64,000 nucleotides of DNA from Botryllus schlosseri. Lineage: Eukaryota. Position numbers and translations under genes: made by a program. Positions 12,228 to 25,910 of this stretch are shown here, one piece after another (position 1 is the first letter of the stretch; every line of letters starts with the position of its first letter). The stretch is taken from positions 1,674,001 through 1,738,000 of the forward strand of contig CM119378.1 of NCBI GenBank assembly GCA_051294905.1, written 5' to 3'. Under the pieces are notes generated by a model that was given only the letters and a program-made list of their open reading frames with translations, had not been told where the DNA came from and did no database searches.

Positions 12228-14060
12228 TATTCAGCTTGGGAGGGATCAGCGTAAGGGATGTGTCTAAAAAAACGAAATACAAAGATAGGATCGAAAACAA
12301 TACCAGCACTTGAATAATTAACTGTTTTCACGTGTACATGGCGGTTTGTGTCACAGGTTGAGGTAAATCCTACTAATTGTACAGCAGTGTGCTTCTTTTG
12401 CGACATTAATAGAATTTCCCACACTTTGTGTCCCATTTAGGTAGCAGGGGATCTCTGTCAGCACGCTATTATCGGACGAGAATCTTGGGGGCACAGAGCT
12501 TCACTATAGAATTGAAAAATATATTCATATTGAAATAAGCCCGAATATTTTCGGTTGACACTGGTCAAATATTCAACAACCAACAATCGTCGATATACAT
12601 TGTTCTATTCGATTCTCAACTAGTAGCTGACGATTACAACTGACGAGTGTCAACCGAAATTTCAATATGAATATATTACTCCATCTCTATAATCTGTTGT
12701 AGTATTGAATCGCTGAAGCATGATTTCCGATCCGAATCAGCATGTAAGATGTAACAAATCGGCTGTAACTGATATAGCATATACGGTGGTTTAGATATTA
12801 CTTCTCACTGTGCGTGCCAGACTATAAGGCAAGAGCTGCGGTCATGGATATATTCTGATTCTAGTCTGAGCAGCAACTCAAAATAACAGGAATATGTTCC
12901 AGTCGCGAACTTATAGCTCACACGTCGATATAGTTATGCCGTAACAATCGTCCATAAAAGCGTTGTTTTACGGGAACATGCAATCACGAACACGGGGATT
13001 GCTTTGGTATGTCAAGAACTTGAATGCTACGTACCCTGCAACCGAGTGAATCACTTTTGAATGGCCAGCTTGGGTTTTATCAGAGGCGGCCTCGTTTAGA
13101 GAGCACGCTAACTTATCGCACCATGTCGTTATAAAGCTATACTTTTATGCCTTTACGTGTACCCCACTGATTTAATGAGGGTATTATATGCGGCCATTCA
13201 TCCTTGCTGTAACGAAATATCCTTCTTTAATCGACGATTATACCTTGATGAGTGCAAATTTCTTGACTGCCACTCGACATTTGCTTCCTGGCCATTCTGT
13301 TGTCGTGTTGCATCGTTCGTTCGTAATCATATATCCCATTCCGAGGGTTCGTGATAATAGCAAGTGCTCAACTCATGCCGGAATTGTCTGTAACGTATTC
13401 TTCAAACTGACATCGTAATTATGTTTTAATCAATAACAATATTGGTGCATGACAGAGACTTTTCCTTCAGCCTTCATGGAGATGGGCTGCAACTGTCAAT
13501 CGCTTCATATCACAGCAATTCCGACTTGAACGTGAACTGAACACCCTAAACACCAAGCCTCAGAATGCGTAGCCTGCTTTCTGTAGTACAACATAGCATA
13601 GAACAGCTGAATACCGTGAGTAGGCCACGGTATTGGCAAAGAAAGAATGTCGGGCGCGGGATATAATTCGTTAGGCAATCAACGGATCTAATACCGATCT
13701 CTAATTAGATTTCGGTCACGGTGTAGTAGCCTATAGTTGTGGGTTACAAAATTATCAATTTGACTTCTCGTTTGCCAGATCGCGAGTGTTGTGACAAGCA
13801 TGCATTATGATTGTACAATTGTGGAAGGATATTGAATAGCTCCACCTCCATGAGAGAGTTTACACGTTTACTGCAATTGCTAACTAGAGCCGGGCACAAC
13901 GATACGATTACTCGAATCTGGATATTTCGAGTACTAAATTATGTGATCATATTTCCACTAAAAGTTAATTTATCTGTGAAAATTATGGTCCGGATAGTAT
14001 TTTCCAATGTGCTGGCCCTGGAACCTCCAACGATTGCATCGCGGATTCCGGAACGTACAT

Positions 14061-14330
14061 TAGGGCTCTTCAAAAAGTTTTTATTTATTATATATAAATG
14101 AATAATAAAAAATTTGAAAATTTTCTGGTCACCCCATGAAAGTGTTAGGCTGTCTATAGAAACGATGCTCACCAAATTTGGTTCAATTCCAACCAGTGGA
14201 AGCGGAGTTATTGCCGTCGAAAAATTTGGATTTGAATAAAATAGTATTTACGGTGAGCACAACTATAATAAATAAACAAAGAATCGGTCACCGTAAATAC
14301 TATTTTATTCAAATCCAAATTTTCCAAAAA
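14061..14330. mobile_element. Left part and central hairpin of the palindromic hAT family (full copy at 32870-33969)
   Basis: Starts TAGGGCTCTTCAAAAAGTTTT, matching the family TIR; perfect 36-bp inverted repeat at 14221-14256 / 14288-14323. Confidence 0.75.
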
Positions 14331-14842
14331 TCCAAAATTCGTCCTCCTCTACAGCTTTTATAGCGAGGATAATGGACAGGCCCCATGAAAATCGGCCCAA
14401 ATGACGTGAAATCGGTAATACGACCGTTCGAGCGGGTCATTCCGGAGTCGAATGAAAGTGACGACATTTTTTCAATTTACGCTTTGGTAAAAGCGTCCTT
14501 CTTTTCAGATTATAAAATAATAAGGAATCTCGTTATTTAGGAGAATTTTTCCTCCACTTTCAGGAAAGCAAAAATGTCCTAAATGTCCTCCATTTTGGAA
14601 ATTCGTCCTCTTTTGTAGCTTTGACAGGCAGCAGGGTAAACTAAAAAAACGGCATAAATGACGCGAAATCTGTAATGCGGACGTTCGATTTGGTCATTCT
14701 GGAGTAGCACTGGAAAATGACCTTTTTTTATTGTTAGTCAACACCGCAGCAGTATCGTGAAAATGTGACTAATTCGGGAGTCTCACTTTTATGATTTGAA
14801 AAAAGGGTCCTCATTTCCTGGTTCCAAAATCTGGTAACCCTA
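14330..14842. mobile_element. hAT MITE remnant, same terminus type as 10057-10472
   Basis: Ends AAATCTGGTAACCCTA; internal direct duplication (AAATGACGTGAAATCGGTAATACG / AAATGACGCGAAATCTGTAATGCG); left TIR not seen. Confidence 0.5.
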
Positions 14843-15629
14843 CTATAGATAGTGATACTCGCTCGAATACTCCACTGGGGATGGTGTCTTCGCCATCTAT
14901 ACTTCTCTAAGCTTGTAATTCTATCTAGTAAGGTACTCATGATTTCTGGGCAGCACCTTCGTCATGGGGACAGTAGTTAAACTATGTACACTGTACAGTG
15001 TGTAGCTTAAACCTATAGTCTTGAGGCTAAGTTTCTGACTTCAACTGAGAAAAGTTAAATCGCAAAAGTATAATATTATAATACTGCATATAATACTGTA
15101 TTGCAATAATAAAGAACACAAACAATAGCACACAGAAACACAAACAATAAACTTTAACTTAACAATATTTTCTTGTCCGTAGACAACACTTCCTGGTAAG
15201 GTGAGCCTATATGCATCAGGCTGTACACAGTCCTGCGCTGATCGTCAACGTGATTTATAATCGTGCAGTGCCGGATTCTTATGATCGCTAAGCTAATTGA
15301 AATCCATTACACAGCATGAAGAGTGATTACAATCTAAGCAGCATGAAACCGACCTTTATCGCCGGCAATTTCGATGTATGTACGAATCTGTATAATGCGA
15401 AAAATAAAATTTGCCCACAATGTGTGATTGCAAATAGAGACAGTATCGATAGCGGTGTAAAGCCAGTGCATATGTAATTCGCAGTAAATGTATAAGAGGA
15501 CACGCGGCGGTCGTATGTCTATTGCGCTGAAGTCTGTGGAATGCCTTCATCTCAGCGTGTTTGCTCGCTCTCCGGCATCTCCCCGTGGTTCTAGAAGGCT
15601 CTCTATGGCCTCTGTTGCAAGCGCTGAAA

Positions 15630-18600
15630 TCACGCCGGGCATGATTGTTGGCAGATTTTCATCGTGATACGACTGACTAAATCTTTGCCCAAGCTGTCCA
15701 TGTTTTCGGCTAGGAGTACTTTCTCTCGGTCTCCGGTCATTTTAGTCATCTGATCGACGAAGTCATCAGCCGGGTTGATCGCGAGAGCCATAATCTGCGG
15801 AAAAGATCACGTTTTTAAACCAAATTTATCGAGCGAAGCGATACAATGTCAATATCTATCAGCTTCGCATTTTGAAACAAGATCGATTCTAATTGTAGTC
15901 TGTTTACGACATGGGAATGTGTTCTTGTTACCGAGAGTTAATTTGCCAGTGAACGACGAACTTTATTTGGACTATACAAAATTAGTGGCCATGTTATTTC
16001 CATTTCTACTCAACAGGTTTTATGCAAGAATACTCACTTTTTAGGCTTTGAATTGCAAAGCTTTTATGAGCAACATATCCATAACAACTGGGAAAATGGC
16101 CTCTGCACATCACGGTAACTTAATACATCTTGCCCCAACTTATCGTGTCATTATTGTCGAGAGGGTGTGTCCCCCGATTCACCATTAAAAGTTGCGACCT
16201 CTCAGCCAAATCTACTTCTTGAAAGTGTTTACTTGACGCATCAACCTGGCAATGGTACGGATTTTATTGTGGGCCTGTAGCTGTCAGTAAACCGGGACAC
16301 TAATAAACATATTTATTCCGACAGCGTTGGTAAAATTAAATGATACCGTTTACATGTCAGTATAATTTACCTGGACGTTATTCTGTCTCATTTCGGTGGA
16401 GACTGCTTCCAACTGCGGCATATCATCAGTCTTCCCGTCCGTAACCACCCAAAGTATATCATCGACGTCTTTTCTATTTCCACGATCCCTGAATCGTCGC
16501 TGGGCGTACTCTAGCGCGCCTCCTGTTTTAGTTCCTGAAAGATATCAATTTAACATTATAGCAAGTGTATAACGTCAGTAGTAGTATCGTGACATATTCT
16601 TTGTATTAGAATTAGTTCTACTGTCTGTCCCAGCATTCATCAATCACGAGAAATTTGCACTCTTATAGATAGAAATCAATAAGTTTACGAAGGACTTATC
16701 ATCAACTATAACTATAGTGCATGTCTTTGCTATAATCTTACATTCGGAGTATAAAGTAGAGCTCTTGATTGAAATCAATTGACTTTAGCGGCAAACAAAT
16801 ATTCACCTGCACCCATTCTTTTCATTTTCCCGATTTGTCGGATGAGTTGATTCTTTTTGTACCGCCCGAAATACATTAAACCGTCGGATCTCGCGCCATC
16901 GCTGAATTGGTATATGCAGAACTGCACGGCCTCTTTAGAGACGGGGAATTTCCTGTGATTGAATGCGGTGTGATTAGTTACGGAAGAAACGTGTAGAACC
17001 CCCCAATTAAGCCAGCCTCCCACACTGATGGAACTGTCACGTCATTATAACATAATTTCAGTTCACGGTTAAAAGAATCAGATCGAAGGCACTATTTTAG
17101 AGATAAGTGAATGGAATTATTAGATTCAAATTACTGAAATCGATTGAAATATCGTTTGAAATTCCTAAAGGCAATGAATAACTTAAAATTATTGGTGTCG
17201 TAGGTCAGACATAAAAGAACCATCCTATTTTTACATCACGTTCATATATTGTTCGTCTTTTACGTTTTTGTCGTAATCTTACATCGCAATTTCGGTTATA
17301 ACAATTTCGGTTATAACAATGCGTCCGCAAATCTCAACGATACTTGGTGATAAGATTGTTGATATGCAATGTTCTTTCCAATTCTCTGCTAGTTGCTGAC
17401 GATCACCCCTGACGGGTGTCAGCCAAAATACTCGTGTGTATATCAATACGAATATTTTCAATTTTTAATTAAAATTCGGTATCTACAAGAAGCTGTTCAA
17501 CTATGCATGACATAATCTTACCGAACAATGTCTTGTACAAATTTCTTCATATTTTCCCAATCGTGCGTTCTGATCGACCCAGACGAGTCCATGGCAATGA
17601 TAATGTCTTTCTTGATATTTTTACATTCCACTGAAAGAAATTATCAAAGTCAGACATGGAATAAAAATATATTACAGTTGCTGGTCTGCATTGAATGTTT
17701 TTTCTTTTAGGAATTCTCAATCGTAGATTTTGAAAAATAGTTCTAACAGTATGGTCGTAAAGAGATGCCTACTTCTCCGGGTAAATAATTACTCACGTAG
17801 CAGATTTAGCGACATTTACAAATAACACACTATTACTGCTACAAGTGTTAAAGTGTGATGGACCAATCGATTTAAACGCTGATTAAAACCATCCTAATTA
17901 CACAGCAGACAGGTCAAAACAAGGTATCTTTGTCCGTTTCAAACCGCAAAAATAAGGTTCCTAACGAGAACGTGTGACTGCCATGCCAGGAATTTGCGAA
18001 ATGTTCTATTAAACACATGATTCGATCAATGCCGATTGTCTCGACTAGTTCCACCAAGCACCGATTGTCTCGAATTGCCAAAACAACGACACATTGAATC
18101 GATTTGTTGTTTTTTTGGCTACCGGCAAAACTTTACATTCCATACGGAGTATTTCAGGAAAAGGATAGCCCTCCACGAAACTATGTCAAGTGGTCATTTC
18201 CACAGTACCCAATCTGAATTTATCTCCATATTGGGCTCGAATGATATGCAGCATCCAAACGTAACAGCGTATCGCAAGCGTTCACATTTGGTTGCCATGG
18301 TTTCAAGTATCGCATCGTATCGTGATAAGACGGTACCAATCGCCAAATGACCTTAAAGATGTTATCATCAGCAACAATCGAATTCCACAGCGCACACCGA
18401 CAACTTGTGAATTCGACATTATCGTGTACCAAGCCAACACAAATAAACTCGATTTTGCACGCATCAGCATCAACAGAACGAGCGATTACGGCGGGGATCA
18501 AAAGTCGCATCAATTCCGTTGCGGATTAAGGTTTACAGTAGTCGCATACAGCTAAGTATATTCGATTACAGTCTGGAATCTAATTGGCGCAAATTGCAGG

Positions 18601-21600
18601 AATATACAAGAATCCGTGACAAAATACGTCACGATTGACATCACAGTCGCAATGATATCGAAATCATTATACGTTATTACGATATTACGAAATTGGAAAA
18701 CTTGTTCGTTTTTGATTTGACGAGCATCAATTTTAACTCGGTTTATATTTACAGTAAGAAGGTTAATATGACGTACGTATGAGATTTTTCTTTGATTTGG
18801 TATATGTTTTGGCCATATCATCGCAAATGTTTTGGAAAACAAACTCACCACAACACGGCTTCTTGATATTCCACCACAAGTCCCGCTTTTCCCCCACGCA
18901 CTTCGTTTCCGATCCGTGGTCTGATAGAAGTTCGTAGCCGGGCTCTGTACACTCATAGTGACAGTTTGTCCCTTTTCGTAGAATATCGCTGTCGCATACG
19001 ATATGGCCGTGAAGAAAATCGCCGATTGGTTCACATTCTGGTTCGATTTCTGCAATCCAAGTAAAAACAAGTTAGCACACGAAACACGGCTTTTGTTTTG
19101 GCAGCGCTGCAGGTTGAACCCGGAAACATTTTGCTAAAGCTCTCAGAATTTTCACAGATATGCCAATTACAGAAGTGTTCTCCGAAATGACTTAATACGA
19201 ATGCGACTCATATAGTCACTTTTGCTACACCTAAACATTACCTGTATCATCCATATCAAGTATATAATGGAAACATTAGTCTTAACCTTTGCCGCTGGAT
19301 TATGACTCACGGCGGCGATTTCTATGTAATCAATTACGCCTCAGATATTCGGTAAAAAGATACAATCGCAAAACGCATCGTGTCGCGTCCCGATATATCT
19401 CGTGTACATAATCAACGCTTGCCTTTACGTTGCTCGGCACCCTCAGTAAGTCGGATTATAATCTATGGCGGTGTCTGGAGGAGCCACCACACGAGATGAC
19501 CGCGGAAACCATCGAGATAACGTGAAATAGATTTATAATTGTATAAAGTTATAGCCGTACTCCGTACATAATTCGAGTTGGTACGTACATTGGAAATGTT
19601 GAGAAAATATTACGATAGCCGATTCTCGGTTTAGGACGCAAGTAAGGAACGACCCTGACATTCAAGCATAGAAATTTCAAGAACAAAGCGGTCGACTGAT
19701 TGGAACTCGTTAATAAAATTTGCGGTGCGACCGTCTACACATTCAACCCGGTCATTTGCCGATAATTGACCTTTCGCAACTATTTCAAAGAATCAAAACA
19801 GGTACGACAGCAGTTTTACGGCGCAAAGTACACCAATTAAGAACAGCGATATCTCCTCTCTATTTCAGAGACACATTATTAGAATCTTCGATTGAGAAAT
19901 TCGTACGATATCAAGGAAATTAAATTTCGGGGGAATGACGTGTGACAACGTATAGTGGTACTTTGTCATCAGTTAACTGTGGGGTAAATCATCATCATTT
20001 CACTCTCAAATTTCAGTAAACGCGGTTCGACAATGTCCCAAGCTCATACCTTTACAGTAAACAGACGGTTCGGTCCAGTATGCAGTGTCGTCGTCTCTCA
20101 TGCACACAGATGCAGCCCCGCCCATTCTCTTGTACCATTTGTCGCAAGTGTAGAAGCAACGGGTTCCCAACTGACCGGTTCCGTTACATTTCATGTTGCC
20201 GTTTTCGGGCTTGGGAGTCAGATCGCATCTGGCTGTGAATTGCAATGAAAACATTTTATTATCAATAGTTCTAGACTCCATACAGGTCATGAAAATGAAG
20301 GATCGTTCAATTATACAAGAGATGACTGAGAAATGACGAGACTTATGACAGTGCAGCGCTCCGTATAAGACTGCAAGTTTAAATTCATATAACAACACAC
20401 CAAACTAACACGTCTATTCCTGATTTAGATAGAACACATTATATGTTTAATTCATGCATCAACACACCAATCTAACAATCCAACCCCATTATGTGTTGTA
20501 GATATGCGTAAAACTATCATGTGTTCTCTAGTATCAGACGTATAACTTACGTATCAGTTTGCAGATTGGCTGTTCGTTCGACCACTTCGCCCTGTCTTCG
20601 AATTCTTGGCACGTCATAGAATCGAGCCCGCGTATTTCATATAGTTCGTCGCATTCGAACGTACACGCTGTCCCGATGTCTCCCGTTCCTTCGCAGGCCA
20701 TGCGGCCGTTTTCCGGAGCCTCGGGCATGATATGACATATCGCTGGATATCAACAAAGTTAGAGTTAATATATGATGGAAAGTGAAAGTGTAAGAGATTC
20801 AATGTCAACAAATGCGTTTGATATAATGGGGATCTTTCGTATTTTGAATCATAACATAGATAGATATCTGACTTGGACAACTCGAACATTTTCAGCAATT
20901 ATCCAGATGTCCGAGCCTGATATGTATGATAGAGGTATAGGCTACTCACGGATGCAGACGGGTGGTTCGCTTGTCCAAGTCGCAGCGGTGTTGTCCACTT
21001 TGACACATTCCGCAGCCGATTGACCGTACAGTCTGAAGCCAGTTCCGCAGGCATAGTCGCACACAGTACCAACTTCACCTTCGCCAACGCACCCCACATC
21101 ACCGTTTCTCGGAGATTCGGGCATATCGACGCATATCGCTACAAAAGAACACCATGGTCAAGTAATACAGTCAAAAAATTTGGAATGATTACGACAAACG
21201 GAATTACAGAAGCAATTCATGAATATGCAGACGCTATGGTTACCATCGCTACACTCAAATCGTCATATGACCACAGATACCGTACTTGAACCACACTTTG
21301 CTTCCAATTTTATATGTTCCCTGCTAGAATTCATGTAGAGACAGTATACTTGATTGATGCAGCTGTGATCATAGTAGTTGAGTTCTATGATCACACCCGA
21401 CACCAAATAGTGTGTTTGCTTTTTTCTGTAGCATTATTCTTGGCCATACATTTCGGTCGCGTGGGAAATAAAAGTCGCCCTCCTTCTACTACGATACTTT
21501 TAACTTAATTAACATGTTGCATACAATGATCTTGATGCATAGGCTCATAATTTGATGACTCTACATCCGTCATGGAACTCACGCAAGGCGGATTATCATA

Positions 21601-24600
21601 TCGTACTCAAGAGGCTGATTTCACAAGGTGTGCTTGACATGGGTGTTGTTGTACAAAACAATACAAAGCCAATCCATTAAAATTGTTTTGCGCTATTGTT
21701 TCTCGCGACAAAGTCACCGGTCGCGAATGAATTCTGGTTAACCGATGCGACCGCATTTTCGAGCTTCCATAATTACCAAAGAAAGGAAATCAGTTCGCTT
21801 ACGTTCGCAAACAGGTGATTCATATTTCCAAATCGCACTCCCGCGGAATCGGACGCATGTTGTTGATTCCGCACCGACGATTCTGAAGCCTGGTTGGCAT
21901 TGGAATGTGCACTCGTCTCCTAATTTCAGCCCGGTGCATTCAGCTTCTCCGAATTCCGGGGACGGCGCGTCTCCAGCACAAATCGCTACACGAAAGGATG
22001 AGTATCATATTACCAAGTGTTATTTTAGTATGTTTGGTACTTTACGTTGTATCACAAGACCCGGAATTATTAATGAAAGGGATCGTGTCGATCATAATAT
22101 AGTCCTCGTTGGTACTCAAGCCGAACTAGACTCTACTCAATTATAAGTATAGAGTGACTTTCAAGTTGAGATAGGAAAATGAAGACCCGAAAGGTACAAT
22201 TCCGTTCACTTACGTTCACAGACAGGGGCGTCAGCGCTCCACATCGCCCCGTTAGCTATTTCAATGCACACGCTCTCCGCCTCTCCCACGATCCGATAGT
22301 TCTCTTCGCAACTGAAACTGCAAGTCGACCCGGCCTCTCTTCGACCAGAGCAAGTCATGAAACCCTTGCGCGGCGCGACGAGTTGATCCTTGCAGATTGC
22401 TGAACGGAAACAACGACAATTAGAACTTGGAGGTACAGAACTTCAATATAGAAATCAATCCGAATATTCAGGGGTAATCGCCAGCCACTAGTAGAGAAAT
22501 AGAAGGAACATTGTAAATCAACATTCGTATCACCAAATATCACTCTACCTAAACACTCGGGCGCTTCGTTGGTCCATCTACCGCCTTCACCAGTAATGAC
22601 ACAAGTCGTGTGCCATTCGCCCGATATTCTGTATCCCCTCTCGCATTGGAAATTACACGAAGTACCAATCTTGCCGCTGCCGATGCAATCTCTGGCGCCA
22701 TTTCGCGGGATCGGGATCGATGCCATGTCGCAATTCGCTGCAAACAGATGAGAGTGTGATTTGCATTGGACATACGGTGTCTTCTTACGAAAATGTTGTA
22801 AACCTGTATTTCATCTCTCGTGTTCATATTATCAACAATATGCGAGGGGCTAAGGAATGTCAATTGCCGTATCTAAATCAAAACTAGCTTTTTTGCAGCA
22901 TTATAGACTCAGTGGTAGCACGATCTGGTTTCAATCTATTTTGACACCATGCATTGGTTACTATACCAACAGGAAATGCTAACCAATTGCAGATGAATGC
23001 GTGGTACGGGTCATTTCCTGTAACAAGATCAGACGCAAGTCTTCTGAGGGGTAGTACTATTGTATCACGCTCGAATAAGTTGATAAAATAGCAATCGTTG
23101 AATGTAAGCCGCGTTGATTTGTATGGGCTGAAAGACTACTCCAACTCCTGTGGTGTTTTTCAACTGAAATGGACGTTGTGGTATGAAGACATTCAACTCA
23201 CGTAAGCACACTGGCGTTTTATGACTCCACGTGGCGAATTTGCCGTTTTTTTCGCACGTAGAAGTGGACGAGCCTTGCATTGCGTATCCGAAATGGCAGG
23301 CGAATCCGCAGACTGTTCCAATAGCCCCGTTACCGTCACATTCCATCATACCAAACCGTGGTTGGTCAGGTAATTTACGGCAAATGTCTGTTGATAGAGC
23401 AAAACATATATAGAGACTCATTCCACACTCAACATGAATATAATATTTACCGTTTCTGACGCATTTCGGCGCTTCCCTGTTCCAAACATAGTCTTTCCCT
23501 CTCTGGATGCAAATGACCATGTCGCCGCCCATGATGGTATGACCTTCGTTGCAAGTGTACTTGCAGAAAGATCGCAGCGATAGTCCCCCTTTGCAATACT
23601 TTTCCCCGTTTTCAGGAGCCTCCGGGTACTCGGGACAAGTTCCTGCAACCGGAAAAATAAATTAATAACCTCTGCCATTGGGTATATGCATGGTCCTATG
23701 TTAAACTCCTATATGGGGCACAGGCTATATGCACTGTCCAATGGTAAACTCCTATAGAGCATTGTCAGCAAGTAAAGCATATTTTGGCACCGTGCCATGT
23801 CTCAAAAACTAGAGCTAACAAGTTTTTAGTCGATATTCGTTGACAGCGATTCAAAATTAATCACGAGCGACTTCATTCAGTAGCAAACTGGTTGTTGACT
23901 AGTATGTATTCGATTTTGGGATGAAAATTTAGAAAGTTTGCTATTGCGTGTAATGACGTTTGTTGCATAGTTTGTTTCGTTTGAAACCAGTTTTCTGTAA
24001 TCTAGCGATAGCGTGTCGCTGATCTAATCTCGTTTGTAAATCCTGACGATGAGATTAATCGCGAAAGCACTAAAACTGATTCATCCTTGTGACCCGACAG
24101 GTGTATTAGCATAGGATAATACTCTAATCCGACATACTAATCTGAAATTAACTAAATATAGACCCTTCTGAGACGTCGGCGCTAAGCAACGGAATGCATG
24201 TGCGTGCGTGCTGAGCGTGCCATCGTAAGCGTATACAGAGAACAGAAGCCAAGATCACTGTAAACTTTTCACCAGACAACGACTGATGTTTATAACACAT
24301 TCCAGGTAATATTGTCTCAAATATGTTTGTGACGTCAAATTACCTGATCACGTGATTTAAATCCGAGAAAGCATGTCAGAATCTGCGTAATTTAAGATGG
24401 CGCCGTTACTGCATTTCCGTTTGAGGTCAAACTCGTCGGAACCAGACTTGGACAGCTAATTATAGTTATCTAATTAAACTAATTAGAGTGAAACGTTGGT
24501 AATCTGATTCTAATCTAATTTGTGAAATATGTTTATGCCCCAACTTAGTACTAATTTAATTTCTGGTTTTCCAGAAACTGCTACAGGAGAACTGGATAAA

Positions 24601-25910
24601 TACAAGCTAAGCTCGGTGCATCGATATGTTCCATTCTCTCGCGTATGAGTATGAGCTGTGATTTGATACGAACTGAGCTTGATATTTGCTGTATTTCTGT
24701 ATAATTCGGAATTTCATTCAATATTCAAGTTTTTGAGAAATCGGCAATTCTAATTCCTATCTTATCTGGAAAAGCTGACAATTTTATAGTTTCATTTCGT
24801 AATACGGTCGCACTGCTGACGAAGACCTACGATACATACTTTCCAATCTCGCCGGGATCAGCTTTCCTGGTGCATCGAAAAGAATCACTTTCTTCGGCCT
24901 TTTCTTGATAACTGTAACGGACGAAGGATTTCAATATCAACGCCAACAAATAGATGTATACCAATGATAGGAAAGCTCGTAAGTAGCTTTTACAAATGTA
25001 TACAACCACATACGCATAACACAAACTCACCACATCGTAAATTCCTCAACCATCTATTGCAGTTGGGTCCGTTGCAACAACATCTGCACACGGAACCTTG
25101 CTTTTTCGGTGTACACTGCGTGCTGCTAGGGTTCTGCCATAAACGAATAACAATCGCCTATTACAGAAGGCATTGATGGCGGTCGCCTCAACGGTGGATC
25201 AAAATCGGTAGTATTAAGGTGGGGGTCCGCACCGCTTTTACATAGCAGTGTACCTATAAGTTGAAATCTTTAAATTCGATAAACATTTATTCAAGTCTTC
25301 TGGGATATGGATAACGTACTTACATTTAGAGCACAGTATCATAAATTTAGGCATCCATTACGCATAGTCAATATAGTACGTACCTGTTCTTCATTGTCCA
25401 GACAAGCCGAAATTTCCTTGCACCCAGTTATGGCAACTTGTGGCAAACCTGAGTTTTCGTGGTACCTTAATACGGTTTGACAGCTCTGCGAACAACAGCG
25501 GATTGGCGACTTTGCGGATACACGAACGGCTGCAAAATACTAACCTCCTGATTTTCATCACACTGTTCCGAACGCCCTTTCATGATGCACGTCCAGACAT
25601 CCATATTTTGGCAGCTCAAACATCGTAGACCTGGCACCGAAAATATACGATTATGATGCGCAGTTACGGCAAATTGCGATACTGAAAATCATTGCGTAGT
25701 CAGAGTTTGGAATGTACGCGTAAAATGAGCATACTCAATGTTCGAATCGTGTTTAACAATCTCAAGTATGGATTTGCAAGGAGGTCAACGATAAAGAACA
25801 TTTTAAATCAACGCGATCTATCGTATATAAAAAATTGACTCACCGTTTGTGTGGGTGGAAAAGTATAAGACAAAGCATACGCTAAATAACAAGTTTTTCA
25901 TTACCACCAT
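15630..25910 (-). CDS. Secreted Ly6-like + 9x sushi/CCP (selectin-type) + VWA protein, 904 aa, complete
   Basis: 18 exons: 25910-25844, 25630-25545, 25485-25384, 25133-25031, 24911-24840, 23642-23451, 23387-23202, 22737-22549, 22399-22214, 21985-21803, 21138-20950, 20742-20551, 20232-20050, 19049-18849, 17630-17522, 16952-16807, 16534-16371, 15794-15630. Total 2715 nt including TGA; all introns GT-AG and phase-consistent. Signal peptide MVVMKNLLFSVCFVLYFSTHTNG; nine phase-1/1 sushi exons; VWA motifs MDSSGS, GTKTG, VVTDG. Confidence 0.93.

Noticed and set aside
12228-15629. Tunicate-style operon linking gene 2 and gene 1
   Set aside because: The 3.4-kb TE-filled spacer is unlike the abutting genes of ascidian operons.
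17282-17320. Short tandem duplications (CAATTTCGGTTATAA x2; also TTATCATATACTGCATTATAAA x2 near 50400)
   Set aside because: Ordinary slippage duplications in non-coding DNA.
18292-18555. Overlapping plus and minus ORFs in a gene 2 intron
   Set aside because: No usable splice sites or domain motifs, and the gene 2 model is phase-complete without them.
18552-19070. 172-aa minus ORF
   Set aside because: It is an alternative frame of the ninth sushi exon (19049-18849) running into intron.
15630-25910. Naming gene 2 complement factor B, P-selectin or SVEP1
   Set aside because: It lacks the serine protease of Bf, the C-type lectin/EGF/TM of selectins, and the domain order of SVEP1. No symbol assigned.
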